Shown here: positions 26,485 to 39,363 of the stretch, one piece after another
Numbering within the stretch: the first letter of the stretch is position 1
Layout of the letters: each line of letters starts with the position of its first letter
Origin: Negaprion brevirostris
Lineage: Eukaryota
NCBI GenBank assembly: GCA_030324005.1
Contig: JARDVH010000140.1
Span: 18,239,106-18,303,105, forward strand
Direction: 5' to 3'
Length of the DNA: 64,000 nucleotides
Program-made: the position numbers and the translations under genes
The notes under the pieces: generated by a model
Told to the model about the DNA's origin: nothing
Databases searched by the model: none
Seen by the model: the letters and a program-made list of their open reading frames with translations, nothing else

Positions 26485-26804
26485 GGCATGGTGACAGTGA
26501 TTAGACTGCTGCCTCAGTGCCAAGGACCTGAAATCAATTGCTGGCTTGGGTCACTGTCGTGTGGAGTTTGCACATTCTCCCCTTGTCTACGTGGGTTTCC
26601 TCCAGGTGCTCCAGTTTCCTCCCACAGTCCAAAAGTGTGTGGGTTAGGTTGATTGCTCATGCTAAATTGTTTCTTAGTATTAAGGGATGATAGGGAGATT
26701 ACAGTAAACGTGTGGGGTTGCGGGGATAGGATCTGGGTGGGATTGCTGTTGGCGTAGGCTCGATGGGCCGAATGGCCTTCTTCTGTACTGTAGGTATTCT
26801 ATGA
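26485..26804 (+). mobile_element. V-SINE/HE1-like SINE
   Basis: Head, gtggagtttgcacattctccc body and gatgggccgaatggcc...attctatga tail. Confidence 0.9.
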
Positions 26805-27013
26805 ACATTCAAAACTTTGGGCTGTCCTTACAAAACCCAATAAGCACATTTAACTTGAGCATATATCCAGATTGTAACAGTGAGGGATTTGCGGTACTTC
26901 AAACAGACCAACCCTTCTGTTCTTTATACAATAATGGTCCACNNNNNNNNNNNNNNNNNNNNNNNNNNNNNNNNNNNNNNNNNNNNNNNNNTTTCATTAC
27001 AGAAGGACCTTAC

Positions 27014-27060
27014 CCTCGGCTCTGCAAATCTTCCAAATTGGATGCATTCCACTCTGAGCC
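27014..27060 (-). CDS. SSH2: SSH2 coding exon (approx. exon 11): GSEWNASNLEDLQSRG
   Basis: Start of the dual-specificity phosphatase domain. Acceptor tttgcag, donor GG|gtaagg. 47 nt. Confidence 0.96.
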
Positions 27061-28314
27061 CTGCAAACAGAGATAAGCTGGCTAAGGTTCAGGTTTAATA
27101 GGACGGTCCAAACAGACTTTACTGATATTCAGCACAGAAACGAAGCAGCTCAGGTTACGTTCACTCCCCCCACCCCACAGATGCTGTAATGCACTTACAA
27201 GCATTTGTATTTAAGCAAAAGGAAAGCTAAGTCTCCAACAAACTTGTACAAAGTGTATCAAATTCTTAAATGATCAGACTGGCATATTAAAAGATTTCTG
27301 CATTGGCAACATTACTATTACTTTTCCAGACATGTTTATTTCTTCCAGTCAAAAACCAAATAATTAAATAATTAATGACAACGATGAATATTACCGAGGC
27401 CTGACTTGAAGATGACACAGTGTGAGATAATACAATAGGATCAACTCTACTAATGAGTCTTGTTGTTTCTTCAAGTTTCACAGTAAAAGTGCAAATTTAG
27501 ACACACAAAGAAGAGCGTTGATGTGAAGCCACAAAATAACAGTGAAGTTGAAGAATGCACAGATGTCTGCTACCCATACACTCGCTGTCCCACACAAAAG
27601 ACTACTTGTACAGGTGGCTCACCAGGGAGGAAATACAAGAGTGGAATATCCAACCCCAGGCAAGATGAAAAAAAAACACACTAGTTCCAGGTTATTTTCT
27701 GAATGAACTGATAATATGTAACATTTATCAACCACGCAGTTAAAATGGATTTACTGAGATTCTCTGAAATAGTGTTTATATTTTCCCTGTAAAGGACATT
27801 CTTTGACTTTAAAAGGCAACTGACCATTGGTATCCTTATAAAGCTGGCTGTGATTCAAAATAAGGAGCTTGCCTCATAGTGAAATTTTAATAAAGGAAAC
27901 CCAATCAGAACAACTTCGTAAAGAAAATACTCCCAAAGAAAATCAATCACAGTAGAGATAAGGTAAGTCACAAGNNNNNNNNNNAAACTTTATAACTTAC
28001 CACATCCATAACTAATGCAAAAATGAATAGTCAGCAGTCAGCTGAGACAGGGAAAAAGTATACATTCACGTAGCATCTTATCACATCCTTGGAACATCTC
28101 AAAAGAACTTCACATCCAATGTAATATTTTTATCATCATCACTACTAGCACATCTTCAGATTTCTCTGGAATTAGTCTACACTGACAATGTTCTAGCTTT
28201 GTCATGAAAGGATGAAAATGTAGCCATTTTAAATTATCTGGCCTTAAAGATTCTCTGGTCAAGCTGGTAGGACATTGTGGTAGCATGCCAAGTGCTACAC
28301 CACAAAATAGCATG

Positions 28315-28696
28315 ACAGCAACTTGGATTTATATAGTGTCTTTTATGTAGCAAAAATTCCAAGGTGTTTCACAGGAGTAGGCTGTCGTCACTGATATTAG
28401 GGCAAATGGCCAAAGCTTGGTTTTGAGGAGGAGAAACAAGACATGAAAGGTTTCAGGGAGGGAATTTGTGGGATCTGGTATAGCAACTGAAGTCTATGGT
28501 GCAGTGATTAAAATCAGGGNNNNNNNNNNTGCACAGAAATAGGGAAGGGAGTAGGGAGGCCACGAAGAGATTTGAAAACAAGCATTTGAATTCAAAATTG
28601 AGGCATTGCTGGACCTAGAGCCAACACATGAATAATGGATGACCAGGGCTTGGTACAAATTAGAATACAGGCAGCAAAGCTTTGGATGACTGTATG

Positions 28697-28700
<4 letters not shown>
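28315..28700 (-). mobile_element. Old L2-like LINE 3' fragment
   Basis: acagcaacttggatttatatagtgtc...caaggtgtttcacagg is the reverse of the tail seen on + at about 16588-16645 (tgtgaagcatgttggga...aaatgcatgttg). Confidence 0.5.

Positions 28701-28704
<4 letters not shown>

Positions 28705-28735
<31 letters not shown>
28705..28735. repeat. (CA)n microsatellite
   Basis: About 15 consecutive CA units. Confidence 0.95.
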
Positions 28736-28737
<2 letters not shown>

Positions 28738-29011
28738 AATATTTCCTACAGTCTCAGGCTGCCACAAGGAAAGAGGCTCAGTGAAAGGATGCAAGGCTTC
28801 TCGCAGTACTTTAAATAGGAAACTGAACAAATCACCTTTTGATGAAAGTGGTTAAACAACAAAGCTGTTTAGAAGGCCAGCACTAGAGAGGCATATTGTG
28901 ATTTCCCTCCCTTTTGCTCTCCTTAATTCCCCATCACTCTGGCACCACACTCACACCCACGTAAAACAGTGAACAAGAGAACAAATATCAATTATAGTAT
29001 AATGATCATAC

Positions 29012-29140
29012 CAGGTAGACGTGCTCAAATATCTCAGTTGGATTGTCCATTTGCCTCAAGATTACAATCATCTCATTATCAATATACTCTTTAAATTCTC
29101 TCAGGTTGCAAACCATTTGCATCTCCAATTCTGTGCGAAT
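29012..29140 (-). CDS. SSH2: SSH2 coding exon (approx. exon 10): IRTELEMQMVCNLREFKEYIDNEMIVILRQMDNPTEIFEHVYL
   Basis: Hand translation. Acceptor attacag, donor CTG|gtatga. 129 nt. Confidence 0.96.
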
Positions 29141-29202
29141 CTGTAATCAGTATATAACAATTAATTATTGATATCTGTACATTTCATACAAGATAAAAAC
29201 TA

Positions 29203-29390
29203 CGGCTGGAGTTTTTCAGCTGTTTTGCCCCACTGCCACTGCAAGCGAGGACAGAGAATTTGGCACTCAACCAAATCACCGTTCACTGCAGCGGGATCAG
29301 AGAAACAAAGAACAAAGAAAATTATAGCACAGGAACAGGCCCTTCAGCCCTCCAAGCCTGCCAGTGCAAATGGTCGAAAAATTCCAGCCC
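29203..29390. mobile_element. Harbinger-like MITE carrying a short inverted CR1 tail
   Basis: TIRs ggctggagtttttcagctgttttgc / gcaaatggtcgaaaaattccagcc. Same family as 54122-54257 in the opposite orientation. Confidence 0.8.
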
Positions 29391-29836
29391 ATATCAGCAG
29401 CTAACAGGAGGTCAGAAACTGTTTACTAATAACCCAACCAGTGAAACATTAGTTTTAATGAGTAACTGCATCTGTTTTAAAGTTTGAAACCACTCTTTTC
29501 TGGACTTACATTTCAGAATGAGTTATGTGGAAACTGCATCTACGCTGGAAGATGAAATTGAATACAGTCTACAAAATAGTTAAAAATAGGCAAGCTGGAG
29601 ACAAGCAAGTGCACAGTATCAGTAAGAATCTTCTACAAGGTAAAGATGCATAGCACTTTTCTGAAATTAGGAATTCCAGTCTTTTTAAACTACATCACCA
29701 TACACCTCAAATTGCAAAATATTTATGTTTTGATAAACTATTTTTCTTATTTTTGCAAATTTCAATGAATGAATGAATATATCAATTCAGAACTTATTTT
29801 GAATCCTATTGATCTTCTCCTATAAGGGTACAGTAC

Positions 29837-29930
29837 CTCTTTTGATGTGACATTCTCCAAATCCATCTGCATCATTACCTCCCGAAGTTTTGTTTTGATT
29901 AGTCTTTCTGTCCGTTCTCGCTCTGTTGGT
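29837..29930 (-). CDS. SSH2: SSH2 coding exon (approx. exon 9): PTERERTERLIKTKLREVMMQMDLENVTSKE (DEK_C-like B domain)
   Basis: Hand translation. Acceptor tttacag, donor GAG|gtactg. 94 nt. Confidence 0.96.
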
Positions 29931-30824
29931 CTGTAAATGGCACAAATATCATAATTATTCCTTTATTGGAAAGAAACATGATAAGCATACATGTAAGCTT
30001 TCAAATTGAAGGTCATACTTCCCAGTGAACCCTAAATGACAATTGCCCTACAATATATTTTTTTTAATGCATCCCTCGCTCATGGTTTATCATAATTAAC
30101 AAATTACAGGTGCCTGAAAGGGGAAGAAAAATGCAAATTGCTCCAGAGCAAGTCAACATACACATGAATTCTCAATGTCTTCAACAGCAATGTTCAATCG
30201 CAAACTGTTTTCAATAACATCAATAAAATATTCCTCGCAACTTCCTTCTAAAAATTCAATTACTCAAAATGCTAACATTTATTTTAGATAAAAACAATTC
30301 CCCAGGATGGAGCTTTTAAGGTTACATGAAGTATATGAGCCTACAACTGAAGTGGTTTCAAACAAATCTGGACTTTCAATCCATAACTTTATTAATTCCC
30401 AACTGTGGTAAAAAAAATTCTCCTGGTAATTAATTGAACTTCATAGTTCAAATAACAATTTGTATTTACATGGCATATTCAATGTAGAAAAACATTGAGG
30501 TTTACAGCTGCAAAAGACACCAAACCAAAGATGGAAATATTAGAAAGGGGGGCCAACACACGACTAAAGAAAAGATGTGAAGGCAGATATGGAGGTGGAA
30601 AAGAAGGAGAGTCAATTCCAAAGCGAGAACCCTAAGCAGTAAAAGCATAGTTGCCAATGGTGGGGCGAGAGAGGGAGAAGAGAGCAAAAAGCTAAAGTCA
30701 GAGCAACACGCGTGTGTGGGAAGGAGGGTGTAGACTTGGAAGTGAGAGAGATTGGGAACTGAGTTCACGAAAAGGCAGAAACACAGAGGAACTTTAACCT
30801 CCAGGTTTTGAGATACAGAGGTAA

Positions 30825-31859
30825 AGTTAAGAACAATGCATAATCTTAAGTTTAATTTATATTTGTCTGTTTAGGAAAGAAAGAACACGGTTTGTTTCAT
30901 TTTGGTTTTCTTTGGGAGAGCTTGGTGCTGGGAAGTCTGGAGGGTCTCCTAGCAAAAAAGGTCAGGTTTTCTGGATTTGTTTGTGTACGTGCATTTTCAG
31001 TAAGCTTTTACAACCCTGGAAATGCAGACCAGGAGACATACGAGTAGAATTAGGCCACACAGCCTATCAAGTCTGCTCCACCATTCAATCATGGCCGATA
31101 TTTTTCTCTTCCCATTCTACTGCCTTTCCCCCATAACCCCTGATACCCTTATTAATCAAGAACCTATCTACCTCTGTTTCAAAGACATTCAATGACAGGA
31201 CTTCCACAGCCTTCTACGGCATTTAGCATTTGGGAAACACACAAAGTAGAAAAAACAGTTTCTGGTGACACAAAAAGACAGAAAACAAGGAGTTCAGAGT
31301 ACGTACATCAGAAAGACATTCTAACCAGTCTGATAAGAAATACTGAAAAGCAGCTAGGGTACTGAGTTTAAGGAACTTGAGTTGGCTCTGCAGTTCAAGT
31401 AATAGTCTGTTTAAAGTGCAGTTTTGAATGTCTCAAAGAGAGATACCAGCTTGGAAAAACCTACCTATCCATTATGTTCAGAAATCTGGCGAAGAAAAAG
31501 TTTGGAACATGTCCACCTAAAGCAAGGAGCCTTGGTGTTAAGACAGTGGCAAATCTTTGCTGGGTTTTTATGACTGTAAAGGTATTGCTGCGATAAAAGG
31601 AATCAAGAGAGTTTGAATCATTTTCTAGGGTTTGTATTAAGATCATTCCAAGCTTCTTGGCTGGTGTAATATAGTTTTCTTTCCCCCTTGTGTAATAAAT
31701 GTTTTACTATTTATGTTAAAAGTCCATCAGCAAACTCCTGTGAACTTGTTCAATAACTTTCCTCCACTATTACTTAAAGAAATACAAAGTTAGGATCTAT
31801 CAAGCCAGGTTTTACTCTGAAGTCTGACTTGTCCAGTGTTATCAGTTTGGATCGTAACA
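30825..31859 (+). mobile_element. Probable solo LTR (Gypsy-like), interrupted by CR1 fragment 31030-31220
   Basis: Termini aGTTAAGA...TCGTAACA, near-TSD gtaa/gtga, and internal aataaa near the 3' end. The 3' end resembles that of 48153-50103. Confidence 0.6.
31030..31220 (-). mobile_element. CR1-type LINE 3' end
   Basis: gagtagaattaggccac...ctgctccaccattcaatcatggc is the reverse complement of the tail at 16240-16320. Confidence 0.85.
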
Positions 31860-34800
31860 GTGATGTAATTTCAGCAAGGTCAGAATGATTGACAATTGCC
31901 ACCTGGTGTGGAATAGAACATGAAGAATCTTTGATTCTGGAAGTGACAAGGCATAAATGAACTTTTCAGCAGCTGATGGGTTGAGGCAGCAGAAAAGTTA
32001 TGAAGTCAAAACAAGTAGTACATATCTTATTATGCTCATGTGAATTATCTTGAGACGTTTTCCTACATAGTACAAATACAAACTGACGTGGCAAACGTGT
32101 CTGTCCCTGGACAGAGTAACCACAATGGATTTGTGCTTCAAAAGTTATTTCACAATCATTTTAATTATTATTCATACACATGGGTGAAAGGGGGATTTAG
32201 CATGATGAGTCTCAAGACTTATTCTATCCACAGCTATACTAAATCTTTGAGGACTTGACAGGCTTGATCTAGCCCATCTTACAAATGTTTCCAGCATTTT
32301 ACCACTATCATTCATTGAGCTCTAGTTTTAATTGGATACATCTATATTTTAAACTATCCATATTAAGAATTATCAACTGTGATTAAATATATTCCTGAAG
32401 ATTTCATCACATGACTTGTTCCCACATTCCACCCTATTCGACCAACATATCCATCTTTGTGATGCACTACCTTCCTACGTTAACTGAAAAACGAAAGACT
32501 CATTACCCAATTGGAAGATGCTCAATTGCCAGCCAAACAATGTTCCCCCCACCCCCCAAATTTTCAACATTTTTATATCTGGTAAAGAAATTGACAAAAA
32601 AAAATTGTTTTTAATTTCCCAATTGTTTTCCTTCAGGGTTTTCTTCAGCAGTGTCCTGGAGCTTGGTCTTCAATTCCAGGAGTCTCTAAGCCAATCCTGG
32701 AGGATTAGCAACCCTACCCATATTTCCAACTATCAATGTCACATCTGTTCACCTTCCACAGAAAGGTTGTATCATCAGCTTCCTAATAAGGAAGCAACTA
32801 GATGGTGTCTGCATGTCATGCTATCTTCAGTGCCCAAATTCTTATCACGGTTAGTAAAAATAGTATTCCTAATCAGCAAAGACTTTCACAGCTGAGAGTC
32901 TATGTTCTGGTCTATTAGTATTAGAATGTTCAGATGCAAGACTTGAAAGTTTTCTATCATTAAAAATGAACTGATAAACACTTGAGCAAAAATTAGTGCA
33001 TGTGAAATAAATTGAGAAGGAAAAAGTCTTCAGGCTAACAATGTTTTGTCTTTTACTGAGCTATCTCATTTAGATTCACCAAAATTATTTTAACAGCCTA
33101 AAAAAAAACGAACACGAGAGATGTTAAGGATTTTGGTGATAATTACTGGCGATAATGCACAGCTGCATTTTATTTCTTTATGATCAAATTGCTGTTCAAT
33201 AGAACAATTTGTCAATAGAGATAGGACAGGAATTCTTTGTTTCGGCTATACAGTGAGAAGCTGTTTATATTTTTAAAAAATAGCAAGCTAATGCTTATCA
33301 GAGAATTCTTCTCTTTCCAGGATTTCCCCCAGAAGCATTGTGATGTTGGCCTGGTGTGTGGAATGGGAATGGTAAGAAACAAAAGCAGGTGTAACACAGC
33401 AGTAAGTGACAAATTCAAAACAACTGCTGTGTCCTTGCACTGTTATCTTGGACCAGGCCCCCAAATTTTTGGTACAATCTGGTTAGGGATTAATAACTTT
33501 TTGTTTCAAGTGGACAAAGTTTGAGATCCAAGACACTTTCTAAAGGATAAAACCCCAAGATTCAACAGGTTTTGAACTTGTATAAACTTTACAAGGTCTG
33601 AAAAATAAAATAATTTGCAACACCTCTCATTCTCAGAAGTTATATATGAATTAACAGGCGAACAGTCGTCAAACAGTTTGAACACTGCACAATAAATAGC
33701 AGTTGTGGCCAAAACAGATTCCAATAGCCCATCCAGACTTCAATAAACACAGTCAACCAATCTCAATGAACTCCATCTCTCTTACTGGGGATTCCAGACT
33801 TCACCTTAGAAAATCTTGCCTCAGAATTCATTCCGAAAGTTGCTCCAACCCAGATGGCCTCAATGAAGGCTCACATTACAGGGTCTAAATCTCATCTCCA
33901 TTCTTCCGATTCCCAAAATATGCATTCCAGCACCAATTCAAGCACAACATCAGCTCTTCAACCGCGTCAAGCGGAATACTACTGCTTCAGAGTTACCTTC
34001 GCCCTTTTGGCCTTCAGTATGGTGTTATCAACCTTTTGCTGCCTTCTTAGATGTTCAGGACTTCTCCTGAGCCTTCGTTACATCTGCCAATAGCAGCCGT
34101 TTATCTATATGCACCCCTTTCTCTGTTTTTCTCTTTTTTATTAACCAACCTCATGCTTGTATAGCAGCCACTGCATTTCAAGATAATTCATGATGTGCGT
34201 GCTTTGTGATGTTTCAGTCAAGATGTAAAGCCTTAGAAAATACTTTTTTAAAAATCAATTAACACAGCAATCTTACTTGACTATACCTCACAATCCCAAG
34301 TACAAATTTAAAATCAATAAGTCATTGATGAAAGCAAGGATAACATGAATTCTCTGAAAGCAGATTTGATAAAAAGTGAACAGGAAAGAGATTATTAGCT
34401 CTCGTAAGATCTCAAAGGTCACAAAGAAAACTCAGCTCAACTTATCAACACTCATGAACTCTGATTATTATAACCATGTTCTGTCTCTCTGTTAGCCAGT
34501 ATGCAATATATTGAATGCCTTGTTATTGCTTTGAAACTTGAGTAAAATAATTGTTGGAGACCATTTTTGTCCATGCCAGTTGCTATGCTAATATTTCCTT
34601 AGTTCAAAACAAGCCCATACTTTGTCTACATATTTACAGGTGAACTGAAAATTACAAATAAAAATATGATGTGTCACTTTAGCTTAATTAAAATACGTAA
34701 TGATTGTGATACCTTGAGTTCACATGTAATCTATATAAATTAAAACTGAAATTTTAAAAACAAATATCTTTAACAGTCTCAGTGTTAAAGGTCCCTTCTT

Positions 34801-35053
34801 TTGACTATAACATTTCAGAATAGGATCCCATCAGATATTGTCTAAATATGAAAATCAAACTTCTTCTCTGCTAAAGCATTTAAGTGTCTACATTTCACTA
34901 TAGTGAAATTAGAAATTTTGTTGATTCAAATTATTTAATACATCAGGAGGAGAAAATACTATGTAATGCCTCAACTGACATAAAAGTTGACAGAACACAG
35001 GCTTTTACACAAGACTGCAATCTCAAAATACAAAGTAATAGAAATAGACATAC

Positions 35054-35248
35054 ACATCAGTAAAGAGCACAGGTGAATCAGAGCGGTGAGATTGCACATC
35101 CTGCATTGCATTCCATTCATTAATGAAGGTCTGGTTAGAATTGATGCGGCTCTCATAATAACTAATCCACGTTAGGTATAGGCTTCCAGGGTAGTAGTTG
35201 TGCGTTCTGGCTACCTCACAGGCTTTGTGCAAACTCTGCAAAGCTGAC
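35054..35248 (-). CDS. SSH2: SSH2 coding exon (approx. exon 8): SALQSLHKACEVARTHNYYPGSLYLTWISYYESRINSNQTFINEWNAMQDVQSHRSDSPVLFTDV
   Basis: Overlaps ORF 35023..35241. Acceptor ttttcag, donor GT|gtatgt. 195 nt. Confidence 0.97.
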
Positions 35249-36268
35249 CTGAAAATAAAAATAATTCATAGTTAGAGTCACAGATCAAGGATTCTTCCAA
35301 AGGCCATCAATCCTGTGTTTAAAAATTGAGGTTTTTTTGATAGCAAGGATAACAAAAGACTAATTTGGCTGTACGTTTACCTAAGTACAAGTCCTCATTT
35401 TAAGTTGCCCAGTTAGTCATTCCATTGGATACACTAGGGCTGCTACACACACATAGCTTTAGGATATCAGTTTCAGTGCCAATTCACACTAGGCCAATGT
35501 AGCATGAGCAACCAGACCAGCACATTTAACATCTCTCCTCTTCATCAACCCTATCCTTCCCAACGCTCCCACCATAGCCCCTCTTGATCAATTCTTCCCT
35601 CTCAGTGCCCCTCTCCCTAGCTGTTGCTCACAGCGAGGGAAACAAGCAAGAGGGAACAGGGAGGCGGCAAGTAAAAAGAATTAGTATATTTTTGTTCTTA
35701 AATTTATTTTAGAAGTTATTTCAATTACAAATATAATATACAGTATTTCAACTTAGACTATAATTTTTTTGATGCGATAGGTCCTACAGCACCAACTACA
35801 GCTTTTACATTGGTTATAATAGTAAAATCTGATTCGCTTAACATTGTTTTATTTCAAGTTCCATTTTTTAGGGATGCATTTGATTATGATGCCAAATGAA
35901 AAACATTCTTAGGAAATATGAAGATTCTGGCTGCGACATCAAAGCAAATGTACAATAGGCTTTGTCTAAACCTAGCTAAAATACACAATATGAACTTCTG
36001 GTCTTCATGTCTTACCTGATGGAGCTTTCTCAACGAAACTATCAAAGTTTGCTAGCTTTTGCTGTGCTTAGCTTCTTCACAATTTCTATTGCATAGCCAC
36101 ACAAAATTATGGCACTGTTCTAATACCATTTGCACGTTATTTAAAATAAAAGGTCCTCTTTTAGCTGAAACTGCAACGGAGCTTTGAACTTCATGAGCAT
36201 ACTGATGCTGAAGAAAATTTGCAAATAAACAAAGAGAATCTGCAAAGAAATGTTCAGGGATTTCTTAC

Positions 36269-36334
36269 CACATTGCTTGTACAGATACAGGCTTGAAGAT
36301 GTGAATTCTGTTCACTGTTGACACACTGAATCCT
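36269..36334 (-). CDS. SSH2: SSH2 coding exon (approx. exon 7): GFSVSTVNRIHIFKPVSVQAMW
   Basis: Contains the conserved HIFKPVSVQAMW motif. Acceptor ttctcaag, donor TG|gtaaga. 66 nt. Confidence 0.96.
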
Positions 36335-36944
36335 CTTGAGAAGGAAAGAAAGGCAGACAAAAAAATAATTTGAATTGATCATCAGCAAAGCTTACAGAAA
36401 TAAACAGTACGGTGGCACAGAGGACCACAATATACAGGAAACTCTGGAATGAGGAAAATTAAACAGGGCTGGGCACTCCTAATGGATAATAATCAACAAA
36501 TTATCCTAAATTAAAAACTTAGATTGAAATTTTAAAAAGAACAGAAGCGAGAGAAGGGAAAGTGAGGGGACAAAATACAAAGCACAAAATAGAGGAAGAA
36601 ATAATGAAATAGATTTCCAGGAAAACCACATACAGTAATTAATTTATAGAATTTTTAAAAACAAAATTTCATAAGATAACCATTTATATTTACCATGACT
36701 TTATAGCAGATAACTTCCATTTGTCTGGTGTACACAAGGTGGCAAAATGAATGATTAATTGCCAAGATAGCAAAACAAAATGTTAGAACAAAGCAATTAA
36801 GTTGTTTATTGTTGAAAACTCTCATGATAAATTCTGTTGGCAGCAATTATGTCATAAATGCCATATGTTTGTGATGGATACTGGCCTTCCATTGGTGGAA
36901 GGTTGAGTGAATGCTGGTCACACGATACTGTTCCTAAACGACTA

Positions 36945-37920
36945 CTAAAATCACAGTTCACAGCACAGAAACAGGTCATTTGGCCAAATGAGTGTACGCC
37001 AGCATTTATGCTCTAGATGTGTCCTCCATCCTTCTTCCTCTAACCCTACCATCATATGCTTTCATTAATTTCTTCCACATGCGATCATCTAGCTTGTCCT
37101 TAAATGTATCTATGGTATTCAACTCAANNNNNNNNNNCTTGTGGTAGAAAGCTCTGCATTCTTATGAAGGTTTTGGATAGAGATTTTTCCTTAATTCCCC
37201 ATTAGATGCTAATATGTCCTAGCTTTGGTCTTTCTGCATGACTTTCTCTGTGCTATCACACATGCCTTCAGAATTTTAAAATCGCCCCTAAGTCTTCTCT
37301 TTTCTACAAAGAAGTATAAGCCCCCATTAAGTACATTTCCCTCTGATCCGGCAACATCCTTATGAATCATTTTTTGTATGTTCCCCAATTCCTCTGTCCC
37401 TTTTATAATATGGAAATGAGAATTGTGCACAGTATCTCCTAGTGTTCACNNNNNNNNNNTACCAGTACAGGTGCAGCAATCTTTGAATGGTATGGTATGT
37501 CAAGTGCTTATCCAAAGATTTTTTAAAGGTTGTAGTTTCCAGCTTCAACTACCTTTCAGGCAGTTCATTCCAGATTCCCACAACATTCTGAGTGAAACAA
37601 ACTTTTCTCAAATCCCCCCTGAATCTCCTGCCCCTTATGCTAAAACTATGCCCTCTTGTGATTAACCCTCAACCAAAGGGAACAGCTGCTCCCTATTCAC
37701 CAAGTCCATACCCTTCATAATCTTATACACGTCAATCATGTGCCCCCTCAGCCTTCTCTGCTCTAAGAGAACAATCCAGGCCTATCCAGTCTCTCCTTAT
37801 AGCGCAAATGCTCCATCCCAGGCAACATCCTGGTGAACCTCCTCTGTACCCCCTCAAGTGCTAGCACATCCTTTCTATAATTGACTGTAGAACTGCACAC
37901 AGTACTCCAGCTGTGGCCAA
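36945..37920 (-). mobile_element. Two tandem CR1-type LINE 3' fragments
   Basis: Both have cagcacagaaacagg..ttggcc-type tails and gaactgcacacagtactcc RT remnants. ORF 37209..37430 contains EKRRLRGD. Confidence 0.8.
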
Positions 37921-38449
37921 GAGTGTTTATTAAATAAATATCCTAGATAAAAAAAATATACTGAATCATGAAAGACTTCAAAAAAAGTTAATTTTGTAAA
38001 TAATTTCAACTTGAGCATAAAGTTAGCAATGACCACTTATTTCAACTGTGGTAAAAAAAAAATTAGATCCTTCTCATTCTCTGACAGTGGTTTTATTCCT
38101 AATAATTCTTCTACGCTTGAGAGAGAGAGAGCCAGGACAGTTATAAAGGGAGGCTGTGACAGAGGAGAGCGGTGCTTTAAATAAAAATCATAACTAAAAC
38201 AGGTTTGTCCTCATCAGAAGTTCATTGAAAGTAAATTCCAAACAAGGGTGACTGGATTAGGCAAAATTCAAGCTGACTTTTCTTGCCAATTTTTCTTAGA
38301 TAGGCTCTTATAATCAGCAGTAACATACATCTTCCACCGTCTCAAAGCTGGTATCTCGGAACAAAAAGAATTTTGCTACTTGGCACAGAGTACTGGATTC
38401 CCAAGGTTTTACTATTTGAGATTAAACGTTAGGTACCTAGTGTACTTAC

Positions 38450-38518
38450 CCATCGCCATCCAAATGGATCAATGTGTCACTCCATAATGGAAGAACCAGG
38501 CCCATTGTGCAAGTACTG
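38450..38518 (-). CDS. SSH2: SSH2 coding exon (approx. exon 6): STCTMGLVLPLWSDTLIHLDGDG
   Basis: Contains the conserved LPLWSDT/HLDGDG motifs. Acceptor ctttgCAGCAG (tandem), donor GG|gtaagt. 69 nt. Confidence 0.96.
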
Positions 38519-39123
38519 CTGCAAAGATAATATAATCTAAAATTAGCACTGTTTTTGTATACTTTGTAGCACTGTTTTACGCAGATACTTTCAGCAGAAA
38601 CTACTACAGAGAAGGCATAGCAAAACTGGAACTAGAGTAGATCTGGGCTCGTAAGCCTAAGTACTGTCTGTCTCAGCTCATGTACGGTTGAAAAAAATGA
38701 AAAATATATTTTAACTTGCAAGTGTTAAACACTTGTAGATATAAAGAAATAAATTTGGTAATGGGTTGAAGCACCTTGCATGGTATATTTTCTCTTCTTT
38801 CCCCAACCCAAAGGATCTTCCTTTCCCACCTTCCAAGCAGATACTTAGCTCAAGTTCAGGGAGAGAAACAAACTTGAAGCCTTGAATTGCAATCATTTTT
38901 CTCTCAAATCTTGGACTTTCTAAACTCCTCAGTGTATGTCAATAAGAAAAATCAAGATCAGTGATTCATCTTCAATAAAGCAGTAATATCAGTTAACACC
39001 CACAGAGAGTTAGCAAATATGTTGCATTCTTAATAAGAGAGCAGAACCACACATGATAAATAGGATTAAGCTGTATGACATGCAGCTTCTTTTCCCAAAA
39101 CACTTCAGTTGCATTATCGAGTC

Positions 39124-39363
39124 ATTATTTAGTTTGGATTATGCGAAATGGGCCCTTTTTTGTCCCTCTTTCACAATGGTTCATTCTGTTTGTCTTTGTC
39201 CATCTCTCCCTCCTTTCATCTCTGAGTAATTTAGCCTTGTTAGGTTTTAACCAGCAATTGTTCATCATTTTTGATGCAGTAATATCTATTTTCAAACTCA
39301 TAGCACATCTTAATTAATAGAATTACCTTTGCCCAAAAGATTATTGCCAATATAATTAGATGT
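39124..39363. repeat. Left arm (core) of a long inverted repeat paired with 41775-42046
   Basis: Includes a perfect 31-nt match (ccctctttcacaatggttcattctgtttgtc) and an approximately 120-nt block with few mismatches against the reverse complement of the right arm. Confidence 0.92.

Noticed and set aside
33122-33500. Possible additional solo LTR starting tgttaagg
   Set aside because: No convincing ...AACA end or TSD was found.
30400-38060. Identical 18-mer caactgtggtaaaaaaaa at 30400 and 38043
   Set aside because: Nearly half is a poly-A run and the flanks do not align, so it is compatible with chance.
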